Virus record (IMG/VR): IMGVR_UViG_3300030037_000004 | Span: 1 to 57,749 of that record | Direction: 5' to 3' (one strand) | Length of the DNA stretch: 57,749 nt | Origin: a virus | Taxonomy: Duplodnaviria; Caudoviricetes | Shown: positions 1 through 8,052 of the stretch, piece after piece | How positions within the stretch are numbered: position 1 is the first letter of the stretch | Layout: the number at the start of each line of letters is the position of its first letter | Position numbers and translations under genes: made by a program | The notes under the pieces: generated by a model | The model's input: the letters and a program-made list of their open reading frames with translations, nothing else | Databases searched by the model: none | What the model was told of the DNA's origin: nothing

Positions 1-127
1 TTGATAGGAACCTTAGCAGCCCTAGATATAGTTTCTGGGCCTGCACCGTATGTGGCTGAGTAGTTCGTTGACTTACCACCATGTCGTATTTGATCCACAC
101 GTTTGAACTCTTCCCACTGAGTAGGGG
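1..127. repeat. 127 bp terminal overlap identical to 57623-57749 (circular assembly)
   Basis: Exact match of the first and last 127 nt; lies inside the DNA polymerase ORF; length matches a common assembler k-mer. Confidence 0.97.
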
Positions 128-1592
128 TCAAGTCAGGGTCTTTCTTGTCGAAGCCCTTATGATATGTAATCTCAGCCGGTGTCACCAGCTTAGCCTCTGC
201 TGCCATGTCCAAGTGAGGATCGAAGTCAGGTGCCATCATGTCACGTACATAGTCTGGATCGTACTTCCACATGTAGTGTTGCTTAGTCCGATCTTCTAGC
301 GATTCCATATCAGAACCACACAGCTCGGTCTTGTTCACATCACGTACTGTTAGAAGTCCACGTAACTCTTTACCCCACGGCTTGCGGATACTAGGTATGT
401 TAACCAACTCTTTGTGCTTAAAGCGTAGAGTGTTAGTCAAGCCCTGTACTTGTGCCTTGAGGAAGCCAAACTTGTCAACGTTCTTGAGCCAGCCGATTAG
501 CATAGCACGACGATGTTTTGTCACGCCAACTGTACTTAGGTGCTGTAGAGCAGGAGTAGCCGCAACCATGCTCTGGATAGACGGGCAGAGTTCACCTGTA
601 TCCTTTAGCTTGATCTGAGGTATCTTGCGCTGATTACCCTCGTCATCTTTCTTGTACTCGAACGTCTCTGGTATCCAACCGAGATCGGTTATCCAGTTCT
701 TGATCTGTACTGGCGAGCCCACGTTCGGATCTTTGTAGCCTGTCACGACCGTAATAACATGATCGTCTTCTAGATCGCCTGGATCTAACCCTTCCTTTGC
801 GCATAGGTCGAACCACTTTTGTCCATGGGATGATAGATCTCCATTAACCTTGAAGCACACCTTAGGGCGGGTCTTCTTAGCTTTGACTGGAACACGCGGC
901 ATACCTTTGAACAGTGCAGCCTCGGCTATATCAATCTCGTCATTGAACACATCCAGCAACTTGTTAGCACCATCAACATCTAACTTCCAACGGGCTTTAG
1001 ACTGGAGTGCAGCAACTTCGAGCTTCCAAGACAGGTGTTGTAGGCAGCGGAACATATCCACTTGATTACCGTACAGCTTAAGTGCATCCTTGAATACTTT
1101 CTTGATCAGGTGGGTTTGTATCTTGACATCAGACTCACAACGATGTGTCACCTCAGTACGGGATATATTTACCCAGTCACATACAGGTGGCTTAGGTACA
1201 CCAAAGTCGTCACCCCAAGATTCTAGACCATGCCTAACGCGCTCAGGATATAGGTACCAAGAGAAGGCGAGACTATCCAGCAAATCACCACGCATAGGTA
1301 CACCAAGTAAGCGCTCAAGCTCAGGCTTGTCAAAACCATGTCCGTGGTGGAATATCCATGTGCAATCTTCTGCCAGTAGCTCTTTAATTTCTTCATAGTC
1401 ATAGACACTAAAGGATCGTTTAATATCAATCACACCATCCACTAGGTAGAACTCAGTGATTGACTTGACATGTATTAGGGAGCTAATGAAGCCATCAGTC
1501 TCGATGTCAGCCGAGCGGAATAACCGCCCAGCTATACCTTCATCAGTCCTAGCCCACTCGGAGTAGGGATTAGAGATCAGTGTCGGTATCAC
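1..1592 (-). CDS. Family A DNA polymerase, N-terminal part (continues across the contig join to 57220; ~664 aa in total)
   Basis: Not in the ORF track because it crosses the join. Hand translation gives ExoI DIETDG, ExoII HGHGFD, HGLESWG and motif A GSDMESLEDR. Probable GTG start at 1592 after GAGG; same frame as the 57220-57720 ORF. Confidence 0.93.
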   Translation of the reverse strand, partial: MIPTLISNPYSEWARTDEGIAGRLFRSADIETDGFISSLIHVKSITEFYLVDGVIDIKRSFSVYDYEEIKELLAEDCTWIFHHGHGFDKPELERLLGVPMRGDLLDSLAFSWYLYPERVRHGLESWGDDFGVPKPPVCDWVNISRTEVTHRCESDVKIQTHLIKKVFKDALKLYGNQVDMFRCLQHLSWKLEVAALQSKARWKLDVDGANKLLDVFNDEIDIAEAALFKGMPRVPVKAKKTRPKVCFKVNGDLSSHGQKWFDLCAKEGLDPGDLEDDHVITVVTGYKDPNVGSPVQIKNWITDLGWIPETFEYKKDDEGNQRKIPQIKLKDTGELCPSIQSMVAATPALQHLSTVGVTKHRRAMLIGWLKNVDKFGFLKAQVQGLTNTLRFKHKELVNIPSIRKPWGKELRGLLTVRDVNKTELCGSDMESLEDRTKQHYMWKYDPDYVRDMMAPDFDPHLDMAAEAKLVTPAEITYHKGFDKKDPDLTPTQWEEFKRVDQIRHGGKSTNYSATYGAGPETISRAAKVPI

Positions 1593-2028
1593 AACATGCA
1601 GCCTCTTTAATGCGTGTGTTTAGTATCGAGTCAGACTGCCCTACTAACCAAGCAACACGAGCCACGATAGTTGATCCAGACCAAGGCACACAAACTGTAT
1701 CCAGCATACTGCCAACACCATTTAGCTCTGTGTTAGCTTTGTCGGTTGCAGATTCAGCAACCTTAATACGAACCTCTGCTGCTTCTTTAGCGTGGCGCTG
1801 GTTACTAACGATGTTTAGTAGCTTCTTAACTTCAGCCTGTAGGTCATCAATTACACGCTTGGCACTGATGTTGTCATTTTCAGAGTGCTGTAGCATACCC
1901 TGAGCCAAGGTAAGGTCTTCATTAGCCTTTCCAGCAGCTAGGTCACCAGCTTCAGCCAGCTCTTTGTAGAACTTAACTTCACCAGTCAAGCGTTCGATTT
2001 GTGCATTCTTTGTTTCGGGTTTAGACAT
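1570..2028 (-). CDS. Hypothetical coiled-coil protein (152 aa)
   Basis: Fills the gap between primase/helicase and polymerase; heptad-like A/E/K/L-rich sequence. Confidence 0.75.
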   Translation of the reverse strand: MSKPETKNAQIERLTGEVKFYKELAEAGDLAAGKANEDLTLAQGMLQHSENDNISAKRVIDDLQAEVKKLLNIVSNQRHAKEAAEVRIKVAESATDKANTELNGVGSMLDTVCVPWSGSTIVARVAWLVGQSDSILNTRIKEAACCDTDTDL

Positions 2029-2030
2029 AG

Positions 2031-3758
2031 CTATCTTCTCTTCTGTTTAGGGTCTTCATCCATGAGTGTGCCATTAGGTGAAGTCCATTCGAATGGGTTT
2101 AGGATACCCGTTGTAGAGTCATAACGCATCTTGGTCTTCTCTTCGGAACCATACTTTCGGTTCTTTACAATGCCAAGGTACGAATTGCTCTTGTTCTCTG
2201 CTATCTCAGCAAACTTGTTACGTTCAAATATCGCCATCTTAGGGCACGCCCGCATCAGTCCTTTTGATCCAGTGAACTGGTTAGGAAAGATAGGCGCACC
2301 CTCTTCATGGCTTGGGCCGAACCTTGGTGCATTGACGTGGCTAAATACATTTATGAACAAGCCAAGCTGGGCAGCTAAGTTAGCTAACTCCGAACTCCAC
2401 TTATTGATAAACTCATTTGCCTCGCCAGTTCCTAAGTGATCGACCAAGCAGGTCATGTTATCCATGTTGACAAGACGGGTACCAAACTCAGCATGGTTGA
2501 ACCGGATAGCGCTGACTATTTCTTCCAAGTCAAATCGCAGTTTCAGGTCAGCATCACTCTCCCAGAGGAGAACCATACCATCCATACTCTCTAGCCTTGC
2601 CATGTACTGGTCTTGATCATACTCGACACGTGGGTTGTGATAGCAGATACCATCCTTCTTCCCAGCGATGTTACGCAAGCTCATGTCATTGTCTTCTTCA
2701 AGGAAGATGTTGAACACAGGTTCTTTATGGATAAAGATGTTATGTGCAGTACTTTGATGGGCTAGTAGGGTCTTACCCGAACCAGTTGCTCCTCCAGTAC
2801 TCATCACCTCGCCCCAGATCTGACCAAAGCTTATCCGGTCAAACTCCTCACCGAAGCCGAAGCTCAAACCTTCTTCTACCTTGATGCTGGCTTTGGCTAT
2901 GATGTCACGTACATGAACCACACCTTGTATCAGTGGCTTATGTGCACCAAACTGTGCCATCTGTGACATCTCTTTACCCTTACCTTTCATTAGGGCGTCA
3001 TTGGCATCCTTACAGCCGAATGGCTTGTCTGACACTAGCATTTTCGGGTACATACGCTGGAACGCTTTCTCCGCTGCCTTGCCAACATCGTCATCATCCA
3101 CAACAAAGACAAACTCTTTGAAGCGCATCTTCAGTACATCCCAGTTACTAGCCATAGCTTTCTTGGTACTGCCACCACCAGCCGGTAGAGACGCCACTGC
3201 GAACTTCATGTGTGACCACTTAGTTCCAGCTATAGATTGTTTGAATATGAACTCCAGAGCGATTGCATCGAATTCACCTTCTGTAATATATAGTCTCTTT
3301 CCCCCTTGCTTAAGTGCGCGTGATTGCCCGAAGAGTTCAGCATCTCTAACATTGCCGACACACCACATTGTCTTCCCTTTAAGAGTAACGACCTTGTACC
3401 CTGAGAGTTTTCCAGCCTCTGTATAAGGAAACGCAATTGCATACGGTGTCTTGCCATCATGAGTTGATACGAGAAGTCTGCATCCCCATGCTTTAAATAC
3501 ATTACCAGGGATGCCCCTGTGTTTGAGCTGGAAGTAGTCACAAGACTTGATTTCTGCGAGTTCCTGCTCAATTTCTTCTGGAGTTTTAACATGGACTTCT
3601 GGTGGTTCTTCACCGTCCTTGTATGGGTTGCCCTTAGGCTCAAGACACTGACTAAAGCAGTAGCTTGAAAACGTGAGTGAATCCTCATTCCAAAATACCT
3701 GTAGTGAGCCCCCACCGCAGTCAGGGCATTTCTTCATTTCTACGCAAGTACCACTCAT
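2031..3758 (-). CDS. T7 gp4-like primase/helicase
   Basis: N-terminal Zn finger CPDC...C, TOPRIM ITEGEFDA and DDDDVG, KDAND, Walker A GGATGSGKT, C-terminal KNR. Confidence 0.95.
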   Translation of the reverse strand: MSGTCVEMKKCPDCGGGSLQVFWNEDSLTFSSYCFSQCLEPKGNPYKDGEEPPEVHVKTPEEIEQELAEIKSCDYFQLKHRGIPGNVFKAWGCRLLVSTHDGKTPYAIAFPYTEAGKLSGYKVVTLKGKTMWCVGNVRDAELFGQSRALKQGGKRLYITEGEFDAIALEFIFKQSIAGTKWSHMKFAVASLPAGGGSTKKAMASNWDVLKMRFKEFVFVVDDDDVGKAAEKAFQRMYPKMLVSDKPFGCKDANDALMKGKGKEMSQMAQFGAHKPLIQGVVHVRDIIAKASIKVEEGLSFGFGEEFDRISFGQIWGEVMSTGGATGSGKTLLAHQSTAHNIFIHKEPVFNIFLEEDNDMSLRNIAGKKDGICYHNPRVEYDQDQYMARLESMDGMVLLWESDADLKLRFDLEEIVSAIRFNHAEFGTRLVNMDNMTCLVDHLGTGEANEFINKWSSELANLAAQLGLFINVFSHVNAPRFGPSHEEGAPIFPNQFTGSKGLMRACPKMAIFERNKFAEIAENKSNSYLGIVKNRKYGSEEKTKMRYDSTTGILNPFEWTSPNGTLMDEDPKQKRR

Positions 3759-4027
3759 AGCTTGCCTGCCTTACTAGCTGCAAGCCAGATACTATTCACG
3801 CGCTGTCGTTCCTTTGCCTCGGCCTCTAGCTTGTTGTAGAGAGCCCAGAATGGTTTGTTGCCTTCAATACGTGCTGCACACTCTTCCTCAGTCTCGTCAG
3901 GAGCTGGCCCAGTTAAGGTTGGCCCTCCATACAAGCGCTGGTGTGTCCTGATTGATTGTGGCATTCGTTCTAACTTGTGGAAAGTGGGGGCGTCATGTAC
4001 ATCCCCCACTCGGTAGCCTTCTGTCAT
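3755..4027 (-). CDS. Hypothetical protein (90 aa)
   Basis: ATGA overlaps with both neighbours. Confidence 0.7.
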   Translation of the reverse strand: MTEGYRVGDVHDAPTFHKLERMPQSIRTHQRLYGGPTLTGPAPDETEEECAARIEGNKPFWALYNKLEAEAKERQRVNSIWLAASKAGKL

Positions 4028-4749
4028 CTTAACTCCCCTGACACTACCCTAACCACGTACTGTAGCTCCTGGTAGGTCGGTTCAATAAGGTCACGCGGAT
4101 AAGCTGAGTGCTTCATCACTGCCTGTACCTTACTCTTGCCTTTCCAGATCCTATCTCGATCTAGCCTTAACCAGTAGTCGGAATCAACCAGCACACCCAT
4201 GAACAACTTATTGCGGGTGACTGAGCCGATAGCTGGCTCCTTTATAGACTGTAGGATCTCATTGAACACCTGAGTCACATCAGTATAGAGCAGCACATTC
4301 CAACCTTTTGAGTCGAACTGTCGCATCATACTGTGTATAACTTCGTGCATAACATCTACGTCAGCCTCGGCTGTGTAGTTGAAGATATGTTTCGCAACAT
4401 CACCTCGACTGTGTACAGCCCGTTCATACATACGTTCTTGCTCTTGCAGGACAGTAACTACATCACCCACACCAGCAACTTCAGGAGGTAACAGCTTAGT
4501 CATTGAAATGATTCTGGCTACCTGTGCGAGAGAAAGACGAACCCAAGCGTAGTCGCTTTTCCTGCCACTAGCTGAATCAAAGAATACTACTTTGTCCACG
4601 TCGATGACATATGCCGCCTTTCTCTCTACCACCCATTGTTCTATTACGTCTAGCTTGTCCATCTTTTTAACGCCAAGGTTACTAACTACTGTTGATAAAC
4701 CATCTGGCCCGAACTCACGCTCCCAGGCCATACCATCTGACAAGCGCAC
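4024..4749 (-). CDS. Hypothetical protein (up to 241 aa; start uncertain, may be 4662)
   Basis: Long ORF filling the space between lysozyme and the next gene. Confidence 0.7.
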   Translation of the reverse strand: MRLSDGMAWEREFGPDGLSTVVSNLGVKKMDKLDVIEQWVVERKAAYVIDVDKVVFFDSASGRKSDYAWVRLSLAQVARIISMTKLLPPEVAGVGDVVTVLQEQERMYERAVHSRGDVAKHIFNYTAEADVDVMHEVIHSMMRQFDSKGWNVLLYTDVTQVFNEILQSIKEPAIGSVTRNKLFMGVLVDSDYWLRLDRDRIWKGKSKVQAVMKHSAYPRDLIEPTYQELQYVVRVVSGELR

Positions 4750-5225
4750 TACAGGATGCCAGGTATCAGGTCTTTGTAGGGTGCCATACTGCGCTCACGT
4801 ATTACTGCTGCGTGGCGGTAAGCTCTTGCTGATGAATCCTCACGCGCCCACTTACTGTCAAGAGCGTGCTTGGCTGCTTCACCATAGTTAGACTTGTCCA
4901 ATGCTTTCCACATATTCTTGAATCCCAGTAAGCCTCTATAGCCCATTTGGTAACCCATAGATAGTAGGATGTGCTGAACAGCTAAGGGCTGGCCATTGAA
5001 TACATCAGCGTGCTTACCGCCTGCTATGTTCTCACGTAAGACGGCTAAGTCAGCCTCTAATAGCATGAGCGCCATTTCTTCCGTGATCTTGAATACAAAC
5101 TCATCAGGGTCTAGCCCTAGCTTGTAACTCATGAGTGTGCCGTAACCTACCGTCAGATAACCTTTGTCATCCAAGTAAGGAGACAGCCTCAAACCTTCTT
5201 CAAACTTTAAAATACTAGCAACCAT
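4749..5225 (-). CDS. Endolysin, T4-lysozyme-like (GH24)
   Basis: EEGLRLSPYLDDKGYLTVGYG matches the T4 lysozyme E-x8-D-x5-T triad, plus LDSKWA. ATG at 5225 follows AAGGAGG at 8 nt; the ORF is open upstream to 5399. Confidence 0.92.
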   Translation of the reverse strand: MVASILKFEEGLRLSPYLDDKGYLTVGYGTLMSYKLGLDPDEFVFKITEEMALMLLEADLAVLRENIAGGKHADVFNGQPLAVQHILLSMGYQMGYRGLLGFKNMWKALDKSNYGEAAKHALDSKWAREDSSARAYRHAAVIRERSMAPYKDLIPGIL

Positions 5226-5253
5226 GATGGTGGCCTCCTTAATTGGATCTTGT

Positions 5254-5646
5254 TTAGTTACTTCCTGTACTAGGATTAACTCTAGTGTGAGGTAATCGCC
5301 AGCCCTTGTGTTGCTTGGAATAGCCAGACAGAACAGCGCTAACATGACTACTACGCAAGTTATGCTCTCTGACAAAGTCTGCTTGTAGCGTGAATTCATG
5401 TATTACACCATCCTTTTTTAGTTGGTACTTGTCTTGGAATGCCTCTTTGGTATTGTTAGCTCTAGTATCAATTCTGACATTACCTATTTGGTATGGCCCC
5501 TTATCACCTGTCCTACACATAACAAGTCCACTTCGGTCGGGGTAGGGCTCCCACACAGACAACCACTCGTCAAAGGTTAGTAAGAAGGTAACGCCACGCG
5601 CCCTTGCACCACGCCTCTGTGTCGTGTACTTCGTCCTCAGGTTCAC
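5254..5646 (-). CDS. HNH-like homing endonuclease with C-terminal DNA-binding domain
   Basis: RGVTFLLTFDEW...MCRTGDKGPYQIGNV...N resembles phage HNH-like nucleases; C-terminal FVREHNL...VLSG..KQHKGW resembles a NUMOD/IENR-type module. Confidence 0.7.
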   Translation of the reverse strand: MNLRTKYTTQRRGARARGVTFLLTFDEWLSVWEPYPDRSGLVMCRTGDKGPYQIGNVRIDTRANNTKEAFQDKYQLKKDGVIHEFTLQADFVREHNLRSSHVSAVLSGYSKQHKGWRLPHTRVNPSTGSN

Positions 5647-6065
5647 TTCTTTATACGCCCCAACAATAGAGGAGTTATCAGGCGTTTATAGCCCCAAATA
5701 GAAGCAAGCATTAAACCAACACATACTTGATACTCTACAGGCATCCCTTCCAGGACTTCGAACCCCGCTGTTATGTGCGGTACTGCTGGTGGAAAGAAAG
5801 ACAGAGGCACGGGTGAGAACATAATATAAAAGCTTATGTCATCCATCCATCCCGCATAACCTCGTGCGTTTGTGTCTTGGATTATATCTGCCTCTTGACC
5901 AGACTCGATCAAGTGCAGGTCAGACTTTAGCTTGGTACTACGGTCGTCATCCTTTTGCTTCAGACGTGCAGCACCTCGCTTTTTGTTGTCAGACCAAGCA
6001 CCTATCAGTGACTTAATTGCGCCAAAGATAGGTGTGAATAAAAGCGGGCTCATATGTTTGACCAC
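5643..6065 (-). CDS. Putative holin (3TM/GTA-holin-like)
   Basis: GWMDD...P..L.F.P...MPVEYQ...SIWG pattern with hydrophobic segments; close to the endolysin. Confidence 0.55.
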   Translation of the reverse strand: MVKHMSPLLFTPIFGAIKSLIGAWSDNKKRGAARLKQKDDDRSTKLKSDLHLIESGQEADIIQDTNARGYAGWMDDISFYIMFSPVPLSFFPPAVPHITAGFEVLEGMPVEYQVCVGLMLASIWGYKRLITPLLLGRIKK

Positions 6066-6292
6066 TTACGGTACATCCAGCGCTTCTTAATTACACACCA
6101 ATACCAAGCCTTCTGGCACCACTCAACAGTCACGCAGAATATGTACAATAAGCCAGCACCTAGTATGGCAAGTGCCCCTATTAACATGCCCAAGACATAC
6201 CAGGCCAGTACTGCACAGACTAAACAGCCAAGTATGAACACTAGCCATGCAAACGGGTTAGTACCCAAGCTAGTAAATATAGTTTCTATCAT
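6050..6292 (-). CDS. Small membrane protein (80 aa), possibly lysis-related
   Basis: Long hydrophobic stretch and basic C-terminus. Confidence 0.6.
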   Translation of the reverse strand: MIETIFTSLGTNPFAWLVFILGCLVCAVLAWYVLGMLIGALAILGAGLLYIFCVTVEWCQKAWYWCVIKKRWMYRKWSNI

Positions 6293-6528
6293 TTTCGTTT
6301 CCTTCCTATACGTTTGTTACGGTTACGCCTGCGCCTCTGGCAGTCTATCCGATGTAGTTGTTGTCTTGCTGCTAAGTCCAGGTCCTCCGTTGGTGGGCTG
6401 GAGTGCTGGCTCGACCGCTTCATTGTACGAGATAGACTCGCCACAGCCAATACCGCTACTGCGCAGACCATAGCAAAAGCTATAGACAGCAAGCCTGCGT
6501 TTATTACATTGTTCGTATCTTCCCACAT
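6289..6528 (-). CDS. Small membrane protein (79 aa) with very basic tail
   Basis: GGAGG RBS, one TM segment, R/K-rich C-terminus. Confidence 0.65.
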   Translation of the reverse strand: MWEDTNNVINAGLLSIAFAMVCAVAVLAVASLSRTMKRSSQHSSPPTEDLDLAARQQLHRIDCQRRRRNRNKRIGRKRK

Positions 6529-6650
6529 TAGTTCCTCCTATGGGTGTTAGTTGGTTTCCAGCAAGCCCCTGTACGATGCAGTCTTCACCCGACCAAGGGA
6601 CTTTATTCCGCATCTGGCCATGTACAAGAGTTTGCTGGAAAGCAACTAGA

Positions 6651-6683
6651 GAAATAGCACCCATACTAGATAGGCGCTATTTC
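6651..6683 (-). terminator. 14 bp stem-loop (terminator or RNA processing/stability hairpin)
   Basis: GAAAUAGCGCCUAU-CUAGU-AUGGGUGCUAUUUC; G-U pairs form only on the minus-strand RNA. Confidence 0.55.
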
Positions 6684-6713
6684 GTGTCTAGGTATTAACC
6701 GTTAGTCGCTATC

Positions 6714-7040
6714 TTACACTTCTAGTGCAGGAGCGTCATCAGGCTTTTCTAGGTTGTCGTCAGCCGGTACGAATGCTGGGCATCCTTTAGCTTCATACGC
6801 TAAGAAGGCAGTGATCTGGTTGATCTTACCTTGTGCATTACGGCTGTCAACTTCAAGGCCAAGACCTTCAACGTAAACAACAGCACGCTGGTATGAAGCT
6901 TCTTCGCTACCTTTAACCGCTGCAAATGCTTTAGCTTCTTCATCAGTACCGAATAACTTAACTTCGCCACCAACTAATACGCCGAACTGACCGAAAATTT
7001 CTTGAACTTCTAGTGCTGCTACTTCTGTTACGATAGACAT
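6714..7040 (-). CDS. Hypothetical acidic protein (108 aa)
   Basis: GGAGAG RBS and clean ORF. Confidence 0.8.
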   Translation of the reverse strand: MSIVTEVAALEVQEIFGQFGVLVGGEVKLFGTDEEAKAFAAVKGSEEASYQRAVVYVEGLGLEVDSRNAQGKINQITAFLAYEAKGCPAFVPADDNLEKPDDAPALEV

Positions 7041-7148
7041 AGTTTCTCTCCAGAGAATTGTTTGTACAAAATTGTACGGGTATGGGTTGGACGTTTAACG
7101 CGTGTGCGTAAGGGTGTCCATCCTAGTCACTGTGCAGGTCGACTAATC

Positions 7149-7538
7149 CTACGCTGCCTTAGCGATGAACGGTTCTGGCTTACGGGATGGGACTGCACCC
7201 TTGATAGGCTTGGGGCATTGCTGCGCCGCTGCTAATCCGGTAATACCTTTACGTGAACCAAAGCCAGGCTTGGCATTTCTTTTAGCAAGGTGAGTTACAC
7301 TGTGGAAGCCTTCAGCTCGACGCTTGTTGGCATACAGGTTCTTCATCTGCTGTGTGTGATACTTCAACCCTGACGAGTTAATAACCGTGACTGTCTGGTG
7401 TGCGCCAATGATATTGCCTGCGTTATCCTTAATTGGATACTTACGCTCATTAACTGTTTCAGTTCCAGTCTGACGGGTCGCACTTGGGTGTAGCTTGGCT
7501 GATACTTTTCGTAGTCGCTTTTGTACGCGTCCATTCAT
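7149..7538 (-). CDS. Hypothetical basic protein (129 aa)
   Basis: K/R-rich ORF in the gene string. Confidence 0.7.
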   Translation of the reverse strand: MNGRVQKRLRKVSAKLHPSATRQTGTETVNERKYPIKDNAGNIIGAHQTVTVINSSGLKYHTQQMKNLYANKRRAEGFHSVTHLAKRNAKPGFGSRKGITGLAAAQQCPKPIKGAVPSRKPEPFIAKAA

Positions 7539-8052
7539 GAGATGTTACCCACTCTATGTTGATGGCGACCTCTTCCATTCTCTCCATGCGTAGCATAGAA
7601 GTAGTAACGGGAGTGATGCGGCCTTTGTTTGGTGTAAGTATACCGAAGCTATCACCCAAGAAGATAGGGTTCTGAGTACCGATATGTGTAGGTTGTAGCA
7701 TGTATTGAGACATGTTGCAGTCAAAGTCAAAGATAATGTCTGACCAGTGCTTGTACTGTGCTCCCCAGAATATCAGGTCAACATTACAACGGGTCTTGAT
7801 AACCCTAGCCACACGCTCAGTACCGTAGTTCTTGGGTAAGCTGTAGTTGGCTGGACACAAGTCTAGGTAAGACAAAGCGCTGTTTATCTCTAGCATCAAC
7901 TTCTCATCAGCACCCCAGATACACACATCAATGTCACGAGCAGTCAAGCCGTGGTACAAATCGCGTGCGTATCCTCCCATGATTCGGGACTAGGTAGTGA
8001 AGCGTCTCAACACCTGCATGACCTGTACTACTTCGTGGTCATCCAGGCGCAT
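7459..8052 (-). CDS. Nucleotidyltransferase (poly(A) polymerase/CCA-adding head domain-like), with in-frame TAG at 7990-7992
   Basis: GGYARD...RDIDV, VDLIF and FDCNM motifs. Frame reads MRLDDHEVVQVMQVLRRFTT*SRIMGGYARD from an ATG at 8052; the ORF track starts it at 7980. Confidence 0.75.

Noticed and set aside
1-127. 127 bp terminal repeat as a biological direct terminal repeat
   Set aside because: It cuts through the DNA polymerase gene and matches a common assembler k-mer length, so it is a circularisation artefact
7990-7992. Genome-wide TAG reassignment
   Set aside because: TAG ends both RNAPs, terL, primase/helicase and the tail fibre at sensible positions, and other genes are not fragmented
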